From NCBI GenBank assembly GCA_965242965.1, contig OZ251518.1:4256001-4320000 (forward strand): a stretch of 64,000 nt of DNA, written 5' to 3'. How positions within the stretch are numbered: position 1 is the first letter of the stretch; each line of letters begins with the position of its first letter. A model generated the notes under the pieces. That model was not told the origin of the DNA. It searched no databases and saw nothing but the letters and a program-made list of their open reading frames with translations. Source of the DNA: Candidatus Poribacteria bacterium (GTDB taxonomy: Bacteria > Poribacteria > WGA-4E > WGA-3G). Below are positions 1-9,569 of the stretch, piece by piece. The position numbers were made by a program, and so were the translations under genes.

Positions 1-521
1 TGAAATTGGCTCGCCGTTGCCCACGCATCGTTGCGGAGGTGATGCGTAATCAGTGCCTCCTCTAAGCTGCGTTGAATGTCCTGCTGCCGATATTGTTCTA
101 TCCGAACATCGGCTGACTGGACTTCGGTTAATTGCACTCGTGTTTTGGAGGGGAACGGGTTGCCAACGAAAACGGCGATGGCAATGAACGCGGTGACGAG
201 AGAACCCACCGCGGCGGTTCGATGCCCGTGCCAGATTTGCGTGAGTATCGCGCCCCAGGAACGGAAGAACGAACGCGACGGCGGCGCGGCGGCAAGCCGT
301 TTGTAGACGTTCATCTCAACATCCTGTAATGCGCGTTCGGGTAGTGGCATCTCTAACAGTGCTTCGTCTGTCAGACTCAGCACCGTTTTGAGCGTCTTAA
401 CCTCTTCGGTGCAATCGGCGCACTCCTTGAGATGTCGCTCAAAGGTAACGGCTTCCGCTTCGGGCAGCAGCTCGTAAGCGTAGTCAATGGCCTGTGCTTC
501 AAATTCTTTACATTTTGGCAT
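1..521 (-). CDS. Zinc-binding anti-sigma factor (zf-HC2/ZAS), runs off the window start
   Basis: Not in the ORF track. Manual translation from ATG at 521 (RBS AGGAGG upstream) gives MPKCKEFEAQAIDYAYELLPEAEAVTFERHLKECADCTEEV with the HxxxCxxC ZAS motif; lies directly downstream of an ECF sigma gene. Confidence 0.85.
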   Translation of the reverse strand, partial: MPKCKEFEAQAIDYAYELLPEAEAVTFERHLKECADCTEEVKTLKTVLSLTDEALLEMPLPERALQDVEMNVYKRLAAAPPSRSFFRSWGAILTQIWHGHRTAAVGSLVTAFIAIAVFVGNPFPSKTRVQLTEVQSADVRIEQYRQQDIQRSLEEALITHHLRNDAWATASQF

Positions 522-595
522 CAAACATCCTCCTTAAAAAACCGACATTTTTCCGGTAGGCGCGGTTGAAACCGCTACTACGGCGTGTGCTATTA

Positions 596-1177
596 TTATA
601 TGTCCCTATTTTCCCACAACGGACGCAATATCTCCTGCAACCGTTTCACGGCGCGGTGGAGGTGAATCTTAACGGTGCCTTCGGCAATGCCGAGGGTTTC
701 CGCTGCCTCTTTAATCGAGCGGCCCTCGTAACGGCAGAGCATGAACACTGCCTTCTGCTGCGGCGAGAGTTCCTCTAGTGCCTCGCGAATGATGCGCCCG
801 CGCTCTTTATCCTCCACCGTCTTAACAGGGTTGCTCGCCAAATCCTTGGCAACGAGTCTTGATTCCGGAATCTCGTCATCGTCCCATGGTTGGATAGGAT
901 TGCGCGCTTTCGCGCGGTGATGGTCGATCGCGAGATTCGCCGCGATTTTGTAAAGCCACGTTGAAAACTTCGCCTTCGGCTGCCATGTGTCAAGAGCCCG
1001 ATACACCTTGACAAAGACATCGATGGTGAGGTCTTCCGCGTCTTCATAATTCCCAACGGAACGCTGCAGATACGCGAAAATTTTGGATTTGTAGCGTCTC
1101 ATCAGCTCATCAAAGGCATCTTGCTGTCCGGCTTGAAATTGAGCGACGAGCGTTTCATCATCAATCAATGAGTCCAT
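596..1177 (-). CDS. ECF RNA polymerase sigma-70 factor (RpoE-like)
   Basis: Region 2 (DAEDLTIDVFVKVYRAL...FSTWLYKIAANLAIDHHR) and region 4 HTH (SIKEAAETLGIAEGTVKIHLHRA). ATG 1177 preferred over TTG 1240 because the promoter at 1243-1271 puts the TSS near 1236. Confidence 0.92.
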   Translation of the reverse strand: MDSLIDDETLVAQFQAGQQDAFDELMRRYKSKIFAYLQRSVGNYEDAEDLTIDVFVKVYRALDTWQPKAKFSTWLYKIAANLAIDHHRAKARNPIQPWDDDEIPESRLVAKDLASNPVKTVEDKERGRIIREALEELSPQQKAVFMLCRYEGRSIKEAAETLGIAEGTVKIHLHRAVKRLQEILRPLWENRDI

Positions 1178-1242
1178 AACGTCTTGTAGGCGAATGAAAT
1201 AAGATGCAAGCAACATCTTTTTAAACGGATGCGTTTTCAATA

Positions 1243-1271
1243 AGTTTACAGAGTTTGCGATAAATTGTCAA
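1243..1271 (-). promoter_or_regulatory. Sigma70-type promoter for the ECF sigma gene
   Basis: Minus strand TTGACA-17 bp-TAAACT. Confidence 0.6.
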
Positions 1272-1371
1272 GAAATTTGTATGGCGTGATTTTATTTAAT
1301 CTGGAGGAGGATTTCCAAGATATGAGCAGGATTTGCAGGATTATCACGATTAGCAAGAGATGAGCAGGAGA

Positions 1372-1910
1372 CTGTAGTTCGGGAGCGCCTGCTCCCGAAC
1401 GGTGCATGGCGAGACGAACCCCTTCCTGGCCCGTAGCGCGGGGGCCTGTCCCCCGCGATCGTTCGACCTACGCGAAAACCGCACGCCGACAAAGGCCATT
1501 TCTCGTGCCGATCGAGGCACGGCGAGGGACAGGCCCTCGCCCTAAGGTGAAACGGAGACGGCCTTGCAAACCGTATCGCGGGGGCCTGTCCCCCGCGATC
1601 GTTCACGTGAAAAAACGCCTCTTCAGGTCCTTTAGGACCTGCATGTCTATAGCACCGCTGGACGTGAAAGATGCTAAGGTCCTTTAGGTCCTTAATAGAC
1701 AGCACACGCAATGCCGCCGGAAAACATTAAGGTCCTAAAGGACCTTGAGGATTTGGAGATCTGCGTATACTATAGACATTAAGGTCCTAAAGGACCTAGG
1801 GAGAGAGACAAGAGCGCCTGCTCTTGATCCGTTCGGGAGCGGGCGCTCCCGAACTACAGATGTCGGCAGGTCGAGCGATCGCGGGGGACAGGCCCCCGCG
1901 CTACGGTGCA
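1372..1910. repeat. Composite REP-like palindrome cluster
   Basis: GTAG-CGCGGGGGCCTGTCCCCCGCG, GGCGAGGGACAGGCCCTCGCCCTA, GTAG-TTCGGGAGCGCCTGCTCCCGAA and several AGGTCCT(TT/AA)AGGACCT palindromes. Confidence 0.9.
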
Positions 1911-1912
1911 TC

Positions 1913-1952
1913 AAAAAAAAGCGCGGGCGGCACCCAAAGGCACCACCCGCGC
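1913..1952 (-). terminator. Rho-independent terminator of the 1562-aa gene
   Basis: Minus strand GCGCGGGTGGTGCC-TTT-GGGTGCCGCCCGCGC GC-rich hairpin followed by T8, about 25 bp after the stop at 1977. Confidence 0.75.
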
Positions 1953-1976
1953 GAGATATGAAACAATACGCGAGAA

Positions 1977-4900
1977 TTACTCCCGCTGCTTGACTTCACC
2001 GAACGTTGTCAACGAACGATTCGCCGGCGATACGGGACCCGGTAAGTAACGTGTCCGCAACACCTCCGGCCGCCCACCTAACGAAACCTCTTCGATTTGG
2101 TAGTAGTATTCAATCCCAGGTTTCGCAGAGGTATCGGTGAACGTGTAGGTTTGACGTTCGCCTGTCGTGCCGGCACCGGCGATGAGCACTGGATTCAGCA
2201 ACGTAAATCCACTCTCGCGTTTCAGGCTGCGACGCAGATTAAACCCAGCGTTGTCGACTTCCGATTCAGTTGTCCAAGTCACGACAACGGGACCGGCATC
2301 GGTGCGCGTGAGGGTGAAACTCGACAACTCCACGGGCAAGGCACCGCCTTGACGATACCCCGGTGTCCCGATATCATCGGCGTGGCCGTAGTGCAGCGAT
2401 TCCACTTTGAATTTGTTGAAATGCGCCGCTAATGCCCAATTGGACTTCAGCATCCCATCGCGCGCCACCGCGCCTTTATCATAACGGCGGACGACTGAAC
2501 TGCGCGCGCCGTCCCGACGATTCGTGGGCCACACCCACACCGGCGCATCATCGGTGCGACGATTGTCATCGATGTTGCCGACCTCGTCTATCTTCGTCCC
2601 GTTTCTGTCGGATAACTTCAGATAGAAGCCCTCGCCACTCAAGAAGGTATCCCGCGCTGTTTTGATGCGGAGATTCTTCTCGTGCAGTTTCAGGAGGTTG
2701 TAAACCCGGTCTTCAGGGAAGACATCTGCTGACGAAGCGCGGGCATTGCCTGCGACAATCAAGAGGGTCTGATTCGGCTGAATCACTTTCTCCTGCAGCG
2801 TCAAGGTGACAATAGGTCTGCCAACCAGGTCTCCCGAATTCCGATTCTGGATCTCCAACTGCCAGCGATTCAGGTTCAGTGCCTCGGTTTTGGACTTGTT
2901 GTAGAGTTCTATCCATTGCGGCAATGTCCCACCCTCAGAATCAAACATGATTTCGCTGATAGTCACCGCACCTTTCGGTGTGGCGGCTTCGGTTTTCACC
3001 GCGCCATTCGGATAGCCCGGGGTGCCCGCTGTCGCCGCTGATTTAGAGACCTTCCTATCGTAACCGATACCGGTGAACGCCGCTTCTGCCCAGGCATCTC
3101 GATGATACCCGATGATATCCGCTTTCGCGCGCTGCCAGACTTTGCCGGAGCTCAACGCATCTTCAGTGGCATCACCAGGAGCCTCAAGCACCTGCAAGGG
3201 CCAGACATGCGTATCGTAGTCACCGGTTTCATCGCGAATGAACGCATCGGTATCGCTGCCGCCGCCACCGGCGACATCAATGAACGCCTCATCCAAGCCG
3301 AGTTTCTCCTTTGCATTGCGGAGAATCAATAGGAATTTGCCATCATCGGGCAGTGAGAGGCCGTCATCCACTAACGATGCATGCGATAACCCTTTATTCT
3401 GTCCGCCTGCGAGAGGTGTTTTATCCGACGCGCTGTTTGTTATCAGCAACAAACCATTTGCCGGCACACTCACATCCGGGAAGACGATGAGGGAGGTATC
3501 TTCCTTTTTGCCATCAGCAACAACAGAGAGTTCCCAGTCTTTCAGGGAGACATCCGAACCGGTGATATTGCGGAATTCTAGCCAATCGTTGGTATCCCCG
3601 CTACCGTTACCGAGTTCGTTGAAAACGACAGGAGAAAGCGGCACAGCCGATGCAACTGCCTTTGAGACAGTGTCATCCGGTGGCAGGTAAATCACCTCCG
3701 GCGGCTTCGGCGGCAGCGGCACATCGAGCGTAACGGGGCCTAGTTCACTCCCCGATGCATCCTGCAGCGACAAGCCGCCATCACCCGTATCCGACAGCGG
3801 CGGCGCAACGACACCCGCACCTACCGCCACCCTATCGCTACCCTGAAGCGCGAGACCCGCTTCACGATCCACTAGCCGCGTCCCTGCAGGAATACCTAAA
3901 CGACTCTCCGGATGCACCGTTTGAGCCGCCGGATCCAACGCTTGCAAAATAGCCACATCCGACGCTTGCAAGACATAAACGAACGGCACAATCGTGGAAC
4001 CCGAACGCTCCTCGCCTTGCTGCCAAATGGCATCCCGCGCATTCTCGGCAACCTGTTCGCCGAGATATATTCGCACATACGGCGGATTCTCGCCTTCATA
4101 CGTCAGACCGGTTGTTGCAAACGGTAACTCAACGGTGAGCTTATCGCCGGCGTTATACACGTCCGTTTCGGGAGCAACAATCTCCGGTGCCCCCACTTCC
4201 AACTCCTGCAGCGTCGTGTCTACCTGCACCGTGACAGCCGCCGATGCCACATTGCCGAGCGGGTCAAGGTGGGCAAACACCGTATCTTCCGGCACCTGGA
4301 ACGTCAGCGCGCCTTTAAAGCCGAGCGGGGGCACCACCCTCACCGGATACTGCAACCACCGATCCGCCGCCTCGGGACGGCTCACCGTCACCGTGCTATC
4401 CCCAACACCTGCCGACAGCGCAGTTTGCAACGTCGAGAGAAGCTCTTCGTCTGTCAAATCATGAAACGCAGGGCTTTTCCCATGCTCGACTGCACTGTAG
4501 TCCTCCTGGAACCGCAATGTCAACGTAAACGGGCCGGTTTGTGTCCCCGATGGCACGACTATCTCTGTCATCGCGGCGACAGGCATCACTACCGCCGGAT
4601 AGTCAACAGTGCCATCATACGTAGGCGGAAAGTAGTGAGGTAACTTCGTCTCCTCATGTAGCTCATAAAAACCATCCGAGACAGCATAGTGCCGGACGCG
4701 ACCATTTGCATTGGTGCTGTCCGCCTCGATATCAACTATTGGGAAGTAGTCAATAAGCCCATCGCTGTTTCTGTCAAGGTCTATATTTCTGATACCGTGG
4801 AAAGGCCCCGGGCCGCGTTTGTATCGACCTGCGTAGTTGATGGTGGTGCGACTTTGGGAGATGAGACGATTCGCCTCATCAGCCGTAAAAGTCCTCCTGT

Positions 4901-6665
4901 GGCTCCGATATTGCGTCCTCTTGAGAGTTACCCCATCACCCTGGGCGTACGTGTACTTAATCTGATCAGTACCAGATACGTTGACATCAGCCTGGGTTAC
5001 TACCGGATCGTCGTCGACAGCTGTGCTGCTGCCTTCTGGGAAGATGGCGTAGGGTCCGCCCGTTATAAACGCAGACACGTCGTGAAAGATACGCAATCGC
5101 TGACCGGCGGTATAGTTATTAGAATTAAATGACACGGCGAATCCAAATTCCGGATCGTGATCGGCGAGTGTGCTCGCACGCAGGGTTGTGATTTCTTGGT
5201 AGGTGAGACCGTGGGGGTAATTCACGGTATCGAAATCAGCACCGTGGTAATGCGGCTGCCCTTTGTTACGGTGTGGGACATTGAACGGGCTCACGGTAGT
5301 GCCATCCCCGGCCAACCACCCGTGCAACAAGTCATTCAATTCAAGATGGTCCTCTGTCACCGTAAATTGGTAGACGATGGTATGGTAACCATCCTTTCCC
5401 GTATGCCCCCAGTCCCTATGGCTGGCCGCGAAGTCTGTCACGGTCCAGTTTACCAGCCCACTCCCTATGTGGCGTTCCAGTGGGTAATTGGGATTCAGGA
5501 TCCCGACATGCTCAATGCCCACGGCTGCAACTATCGACCCGCCGGCGATTTCATCGATTCGACCTAGAGGCTTATCGGCAGTGGGACCGACACCGGTAAG
5601 GCCGTAATTGCGCGCCCAGACATCGCCTCGATCGGGCCCCTTTTGACCTTCCTTGAACCATAATGGCAAATCATTTTGCCTCCAATCGACGCTACGGGCT
5701 TCGTGATGAAATTCTTCCGGATCCTTCGTATTCGGAACCACGAATTCCGTTACCGCTGTATAGTAACGAAGTTTGACGTTGATGGCAATGGCGACGATAT
5801 CCCCGGGGACCACCGTATCATTTTGCCCGGGCATGACACGCCCACTGTTGCCGGGTTTGCTCTTATCTTCTATCAGTTCGCCGCTCGTCGGATCGATATC
5901 AACCCAGAAGTGGGTGTCATCCACGTCATCCAGGGCAACGTTTTTATCAAGGATCTGCTTATAGTCCTTCCATAAGGACGGGAAAACCCGCGCGCGCCGG
6001 TTTGGAAAACCGGGCGGCACAATAACACGACTCGTGAGGGTCAAGGGAAGGGCAAAGCCTGATTCAAAGTTGTCACCTTCGACCCAAAGGTCCTCGCCAT
6101 CCTCGTCATCGGTATTTATCAGCGGCGTGGTTTTCGGATTTTTATAGACCCGTATCCACTCAATCTCAAAATGCTTCGGATGGATAGCGGTCGTATTGCC
6201 ACCAAAGAAGGCATCAATATTAAACCCATGGCTGTGGCCGTGGGCCGCAGCCGCCACCGAAGTAAACGATGTCGCTGGCAACGAATGGGCTATCAACCGC
6301 TTGCCGACATCCGTATTAGTGATGTGATCCAATCCATCAGAATCGGCATCCTGTTGCGTGAAGTTGTCGTGGCTCTCTCCCGGCGGTGCAAGCACCGTCA
6401 GCAGCCCGAATGTGAGCAGCAGGCAGCCTATCAAAACGGGATGGATGCGCGCGGCGGACCGCGGGTGTCCCCCGTCCTTCTGCGCCTTCCTGCTAAGAAC
6501 TGCAGGATTTAACGGTTTGTGAAGGGGGGGGTCAATTGGATGGAACGCGTCACCGGATAGCGCAAGCGCGCGGAATCTTTGCAGCGGGTGCTGCAATAAC
6601 GCGGTGACGGCAGGTTTCAGGCGGGCGGCAATGCCCGCGAAAATGAAAGAGAATAGGATTCTCAT
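1977..6665 (-). CDS. Giant secreted/surface protein (1562 aa): unknown N-terminal region, two lamin-tail-like (LTD) domains, LPVELSSF module and C-terminal tag
   Basis: LTD-like motifs VVFNELGNG..NDWLEFRN and VTISEIMFD..PQWIELYN; GTPG repeats; LPVELSSF..WTTESEVDNAGFNLRR; RBS AAGGAG; C-terminal half paralogous to 24333..27773. Confidence 0.85.
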   Translation of the reverse strand: MRILFSFIFAGIAARLKPAVTALLQHPLQRFRALALSGDAFHPIDPPLHKPLNPAVLSRKAQKDGGHPRSAARIHPVLIGCLLLTFGLLTVLAPPGESHDNFTQQDADSDGLDHITNTDVGKRLIAHSLPATSFTSVAAAAHGHSHGFNIDAFFGGNTTAIHPKHFEIEWIRVYKNPKTTPLINTDDEDGEDLWVEGDNFESGFALPLTLTSRVIVPPGFPNRRARVFPSLWKDYKQILDKNVALDDVDDTHFWVDIDPTSGELIEDKSKPGNSGRVMPGQNDTVVPGDIVAIAINVKLRYYTAVTEFVVPNTKDPEEFHHEARSVDWRQNDLPLWFKEGQKGPDRGDVWARNYGLTGVGPTADKPLGRIDEIAGGSIVAAVGIEHVGILNPNYPLERHIGSGLVNWTVTDFAASHRDWGHTGKDGYHTIVYQFTVTEDHLELNDLLHGWLAGDGTTVSPFNVPHRNKGQPHYHGADFDTVNYPHGLTYQEITTLRASTLADHDPEFGFAVSFNSNNYTAGQRLRIFHDVSAFITGGPYAIFPEGSSTAVDDDPVVTQADVNVSGTDQIKYTYAQGDGVTLKRTQYRSHRRTFTADEANRLISQSRTTINYAGRYKRGPGPFHGIRNIDLDRNSDGLIDYFPIVDIEADSTNANGRVRHYAVSDGFYELHEETKLPHYFPPTYDGTVDYPAVVMPVAAMTEIVVPSGTQTGPFTLTLRFQEDYSAVEHGKSPAFHDLTDEELLSTLQTALSAGVGDSTVTVSRPEAADRWLQYPVRVVPPLGFKGALTFQVPEDTVFAHLDPLGNVASAAVTVQVDTTLQELEVGAPEIVAPETDVYNAGDKLTVELPFATTGLTYEGENPPYVRIYLGEQVAENARDAIWQQGEERSGSTIVPFVYVLQASDVAILQALDPAAQTVHPESRLGIPAGTRLVDREAGLALQGSDRVAVGAGVVAPPLSDTGDGGLSLQDASGSELGPVTLDVPLPPKPPEVIYLPPDDTVSKAVASAVPLSPVVFNELGNGSGDTNDWLEFRNITGSDVSLKDWELSVVADGKKEDTSLIVFPDVSVPANGLLLITNSASDKTPLAGGQNKGLSHASLVDDGLSLPDDGKFLLILRNAKEKLGLDEAFIDVAGGGGSDTDAFIRDETGDYDTHVWPLQVLEAPGDATEDALSSGKVWQRAKADIIGYHRDAWAEAAFTGIGYDRKVSKSAATAGTPGYPNGAVKTEAATPKGAVTISEIMFDSEGGTLPQWIELYNKSKTEALNLNRWQLEIQNRNSGDLVGRPIVTLTLQEKVIQPNQTLLIVAGNARASSADVFPEDRVYNLLKLHEKNLRIKTARDTFLSGEGFYLKLSDRNGTKIDEVGNIDDNRRTDDAPVWVWPTNRRDGARSSVVRRYDKGAVARDGMLKSNWALAAHFNKFKVESLHYGHADDIGTPGYRQGGALPVELSSFTLTRTDAGPVVVTWTTESEVDNAGFNLRRSLKRESGFTLLNPVLIAGAGTTGERQTYTFTDTSAKPGIEYYYQIEEVSLGGRPEVLRTRYLPGPVSPANRSLTTFGEVKQRE

Positions 6666-6722
6666 TAGTTTTTTCTCCTTTAAATTGATGCGAAAAATGA
6701 TTGAAAATTAAACACTGTATTA

Positions 6723-6751
6723 ATTATACCATTTTTTTACGTTTTTGTCAA
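6723..6751 (-). promoter_or_regulatory. Consensus sigma70 promoter for the 1562-aa gene
   Basis: Minus strand TTGACA-17 bp-TATAAT with extended -10 TG. Confidence 0.8.
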
Positions 6752-6819
6752 ATTAAAAAATATGAGCGGGATTTTGAGCAGGATTTTCAAGATTTTTCAA
6801 GATTTCACAGGATTAGGGC

Positions 6820-7165
6820 TCTGGCTACGTTGAAACGGAAACGGCCTTGACAACCGTAGCGCGGGGGCCTGTCCCCCGCGATCGTCCGACCTACGCGAAA
6901 AACGCACGCAGACAAACGCCGTTTCCCAGATCGAGGCATGGCGAGGGACAGGCCCTCGCCCTACGGTAAGCGGGGCGTTTTTTTTCACCGTAGCGCGGGG
7001 GCCTGTCCCCCGCGATCGTTCGATCCGCGCGAAAACCGCACGCAGACCAACGCCGTTTCCCTTCCGACCGAGGCATGGCGAGGGACAGGCCCTCGCCCTA
7101 CGGTAAACGGCACGCTTTTTTACCGCAATCGTTCGACCCGCGCGAAAAACGCACGCAAACCAAAG
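6820..7165. repeat. REP/REPIN-like cluster (inverted A/B hairpin pairs, duplicated)
   Basis: Two CCGTAGCGCGGGGGCCTGTCCCCCGCG...GGCGAGGGACAGGCCCTCGCCCTACGG units. Confidence 0.9.
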
Positions 7166-7177
7166 CACAAAAATTTC

Positions 7178-7206
7178 TTGATTTGCAAACCGCTTTCGTT
7201 TACAAT
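7178..7206 (+). promoter_or_regulatory. Sigma70-type promoter for the DUF3500 gene
   Basis: TTGATT-17 bp-TACAAT. Confidence 0.55.
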
Positions 7207-7236
7207 AGAAAACACTATCAAAGGAGATATTTCATC

Positions 7237-8268
7237 ATGGCACAGACACATACGCATACAACGCCAGCATCGCTAATGATCCCAGCATCGGAGACAGCGG
7301 CGCAGATGGCACAAGCAGCAACGCAGTTTTTGGATACGCTGACTCCGCCTCTCCGCCAACAGGCAGCTCTTCCGTTTGATGGAAACGAACGGTTCCGGTG
7401 GCACTATATTCCGGTCGAGATGTGGGATAGGAAAGGAGTCTCGCTCAAGGAATTGAACCCGCAACAGCAAGGAGCCGCCTTCGCGCTCATGGAGAGCGGG
7501 CTCAGCGCGGGGGGGTATCAGAAAGCACGCGCGATTATCAATCTGGAGACGACGCTTGGGGAAATTGAACGGGCAGCCGGACAGGCGAGACTCGCCCGCG
7601 ACCCGGCATCCTACTTTTTCACCGTATTCGGTGACCCGGGCGGCAACGGTGCATGGGGATGGCGCGCCGAAGGACACCACGTTTCCCTCAACTTCACCGT
7701 CGTCAATCGCGAACTGATTTCGCCGAACCCGTTCTTCTTCGGCTCTAATCCGGCCGAGGTCCCGTCTGGCGACAAGAAGGGATTGCGGGTGCTCGCGGCG
7801 GAAGAAGACATCGCACGAGAACTGCTCTGCACGCTCACTACTGAACAGAAGGGACAGGGCATCATCAACGCGGATGCACCATCCGATATTTTGACGCGCG
7901 ATGTGCCGAAAGTGGAGTTTGACGCAGTGGAGGGATTGCCCGCCGAATCCATGGAAACGCATCAGCGCGAGATTTTGATGAAGTTGGTGCATGAATACGT
8001 AGACAGGCTTCCTGACGAGGTTGCTGCGATTGAGCATCGCAAACTGCGCGAGGGAAGCGTCAACGATATTCATTTCGCGTGGGCAGGCGGCGAGGCGCGC
8101 GGGATGCCGCACTATTACCGCCTCCACGGGCCGTTCTTCTTTGTGGAATACGATAACACGCAGAACAATGCGAACCACATCCACTCGGTCTGGCGGCACA
8201 TCGCCGATGATTTCGGGGTAGATTTGCTGCGGTTGCATTATGACAAGGCGGCGCATCATACGCATTAG
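7237..8268 (+). CDS. DUF3500 domain protein
   Basis: Motifs WHYIP, YFFTVFGDP, WGWRAEGHHVSLNFT, HFAWAG, HYYRLHGP, NHIHSVWR..DFG. RBS AAGGAG before ATG 7237; the upstream extension in the ORF track is REP-derived. Confidence 0.85.
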   Translation: MAQTHTHTTPASLMIPASETAAQMAQAATQFLDTLTPPLRQQAALPFDGNERFRWHYIPVEMWDRKGVSLKELNPQQQGAAFALMESGLSAGGYQKARAIINLETTLGEIERAAGQARLARDPASYFFTVFGDPGGNGAWGWRAEGHHVSLNFTVVNRELISPNPFFFGSNPAEVPSGDKKGLRVLAAEEDIARELLCTLTTEQKGQGIINADAPSDILTRDVPKVEFDAVEGLPAESMETHQREILMKLVHEYVDRLPDEVAAIEHRKLREGSVNDIHFAWAGGEARGMPHYYRLHGPFFFVEYDNTQNNANHIHSVWRHIADDFGVDLLRLHYDKAAHHTH

Positions 8269-8339
8269 GTTCTCAATTGGCGGGTTATTTTCGCGCGGCC
8301 AAAGGCGAACCCCGCCTTGACCCGTAACGATCGCCCGCG

Positions 8340-8636
8340 TACCCGATGGTTTACGGTAATCGTCACGCTTTTTTTCACCGTAGCGCGGGGGCCTGTCCCC
8401 CGCGAGCGTTCGGTGGACCGCAGCGTGGCGAGGGACAGGCCCTCGCCCTACGGTAATCGGCACGTTTTTTCACCGTAGCGCGGGGGCCTGTCCCCCGCGA
8501 GCGCCCGCGGGCCCAGTGACCGTAGTTCGGGAGCGCCTGCTCCCGAACGGCGCATGGCGGAGAACCCTTGGCCCGTAACGCGGGGGCCTGTCCCCCGCGA
8601 TCGTTGCATGGCGAGGGACAGCTCGCCCTACGGCGA
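8340..8636. repeat. REP-like cluster between convergent genes
   Basis: Several A/B hairpins plus a GTAG-TTCGGGAG hairpin. Confidence 0.9.
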
Positions 8637-8650
8637 AGGAATCAATACTT

Positions 8651-9481
8651 CTATCGCGCGGATTTCAGGAATCCCCACGTCGTCGTCAACTTATCCGCAG
8701 GTTCAACGGGAAGCACCTCATCGGTAAGTGTGACGAGCCCCGTATGCTCCGAATTTTTTCCAAAGACGATCGAGTGCATGTACCACCCGCTCCATCCCTT
8801 CTGGCCTTCTTGCCCGGCACCTTTATCTCCATCGTTGACGCAGATGCCGAGGCCGAATTCATCCCCCGCGCTGAATTTTTTGCCCTTTACCTGCAACTCT
8901 TCAGCACTAAAGCGGAGTTCGTAGTAGGTTTTCTTCACCGCTTCGTCTCGGATGACGACGATGTCATCGTCAGGGACAAGACCTGCGCCGCCAGGGTTTT
9001 CGTTCAATGCGCCCGGGAGGATATTCTCAGCCTTATCGTCTAGACCGATATTGTATAGCCACATCGGGATGCCGGGATTCCGTTTGCCGCTCATTTCAAA
9101 GGCGAGTTGCGCGCCATCGCCGTTCCATGCGGCATCAGCGGCATGCTCATGTTCATCATCGGTAACGATGAGGGCAATGTAAACAGCGTCTTTATCCCAA
9201 ACTATCATAAAGCACGTCTCGTGGTCTTCGGCACCTTCCCACTTTCCGCCCTGGTGTGTCTCAAAGACATTGCCTTGGTATTCCACACCACAGAACGGGT
9301 TTCCATCGGTACCGGTGACAGCTTCTAATATGCCTTCCCATTCGCCCAGATCACCGTCAATTTCTACCTCTACGCCGGTGAGTGCGTTATAGGCATCGTG
9401 CGTTTTGCTCCGCCACTGTGCATTGGCGGCAGTGGCGATAATCATGAGCAGTGTCATGATAAACATCATTAACTTTTTCAT
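8651..9481 (-). CDS. Secreted CBM9/DOMON-like sugar-binding protein with C-terminal tag
   Basis: Signal peptide (ANA/Q), IDGDLGEW, WDKDAVYIALIVTDD, WNGDGAQLAF, YELRF, GICVNDGD; ends VEPADKLTTTWGFLKSAR. Confidence 0.75.
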   Translation of the reverse strand: MKKLMMFIMTLLMIIATAANAQWRSKTHDAYNALTGVEVEIDGDLGEWEGILEAVTGTDGNPFCGVEYQGNVFETHQGGKWEGAEDHETCFMIVWDKDAVYIALIVTDDEHEHAADAAWNGDGAQLAFEMSGKRNPGIPMWLYNIGLDDKAENILPGALNENPGGAGLVPDDDIVVIRDEAVKKTYYELRFSAEELQVKGKKFSAGDEFGLGICVNDGDKGAGQEGQKGWSGWYMHSIVFGKNSEHTGLVTLTDEVLPVEPADKLTTTWGFLKSAR

Positions 9482-9569
9482 CTTTTTTCTCCTTTGATTT
9501 TGGTTTGTTCGGTTTCAGATTCTGCCTTTGGCGCGTCGTGCGGGGATGAGGCGAACCCTGCTTGGCCCG

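Noticed and set aside
1303-1372. Degenerate ~9-bp CAGGATT/AAGATT repeats (also 6760-6815)
   Set aside because: Low-complexity borders of REP clusters with no evidence of a separate function.
1292-1993. Many short ORFs containing MARDRPSPYG / RGTGPRATV / AGDRPPRYG (also near 6.8, 8.5, 9.5, 16.5, 19, 30 and 44.5 kb)
   Set aside because: These are translations of REP palindromes with no RBS or protein-like composition.
7273-8463. 396-aa minus-strand ORF (similar long antisense ORFs at 21205-22191, 46001-46807 and 51659-52465)
   Set aside because: Antisense shadows of well-supported genes.
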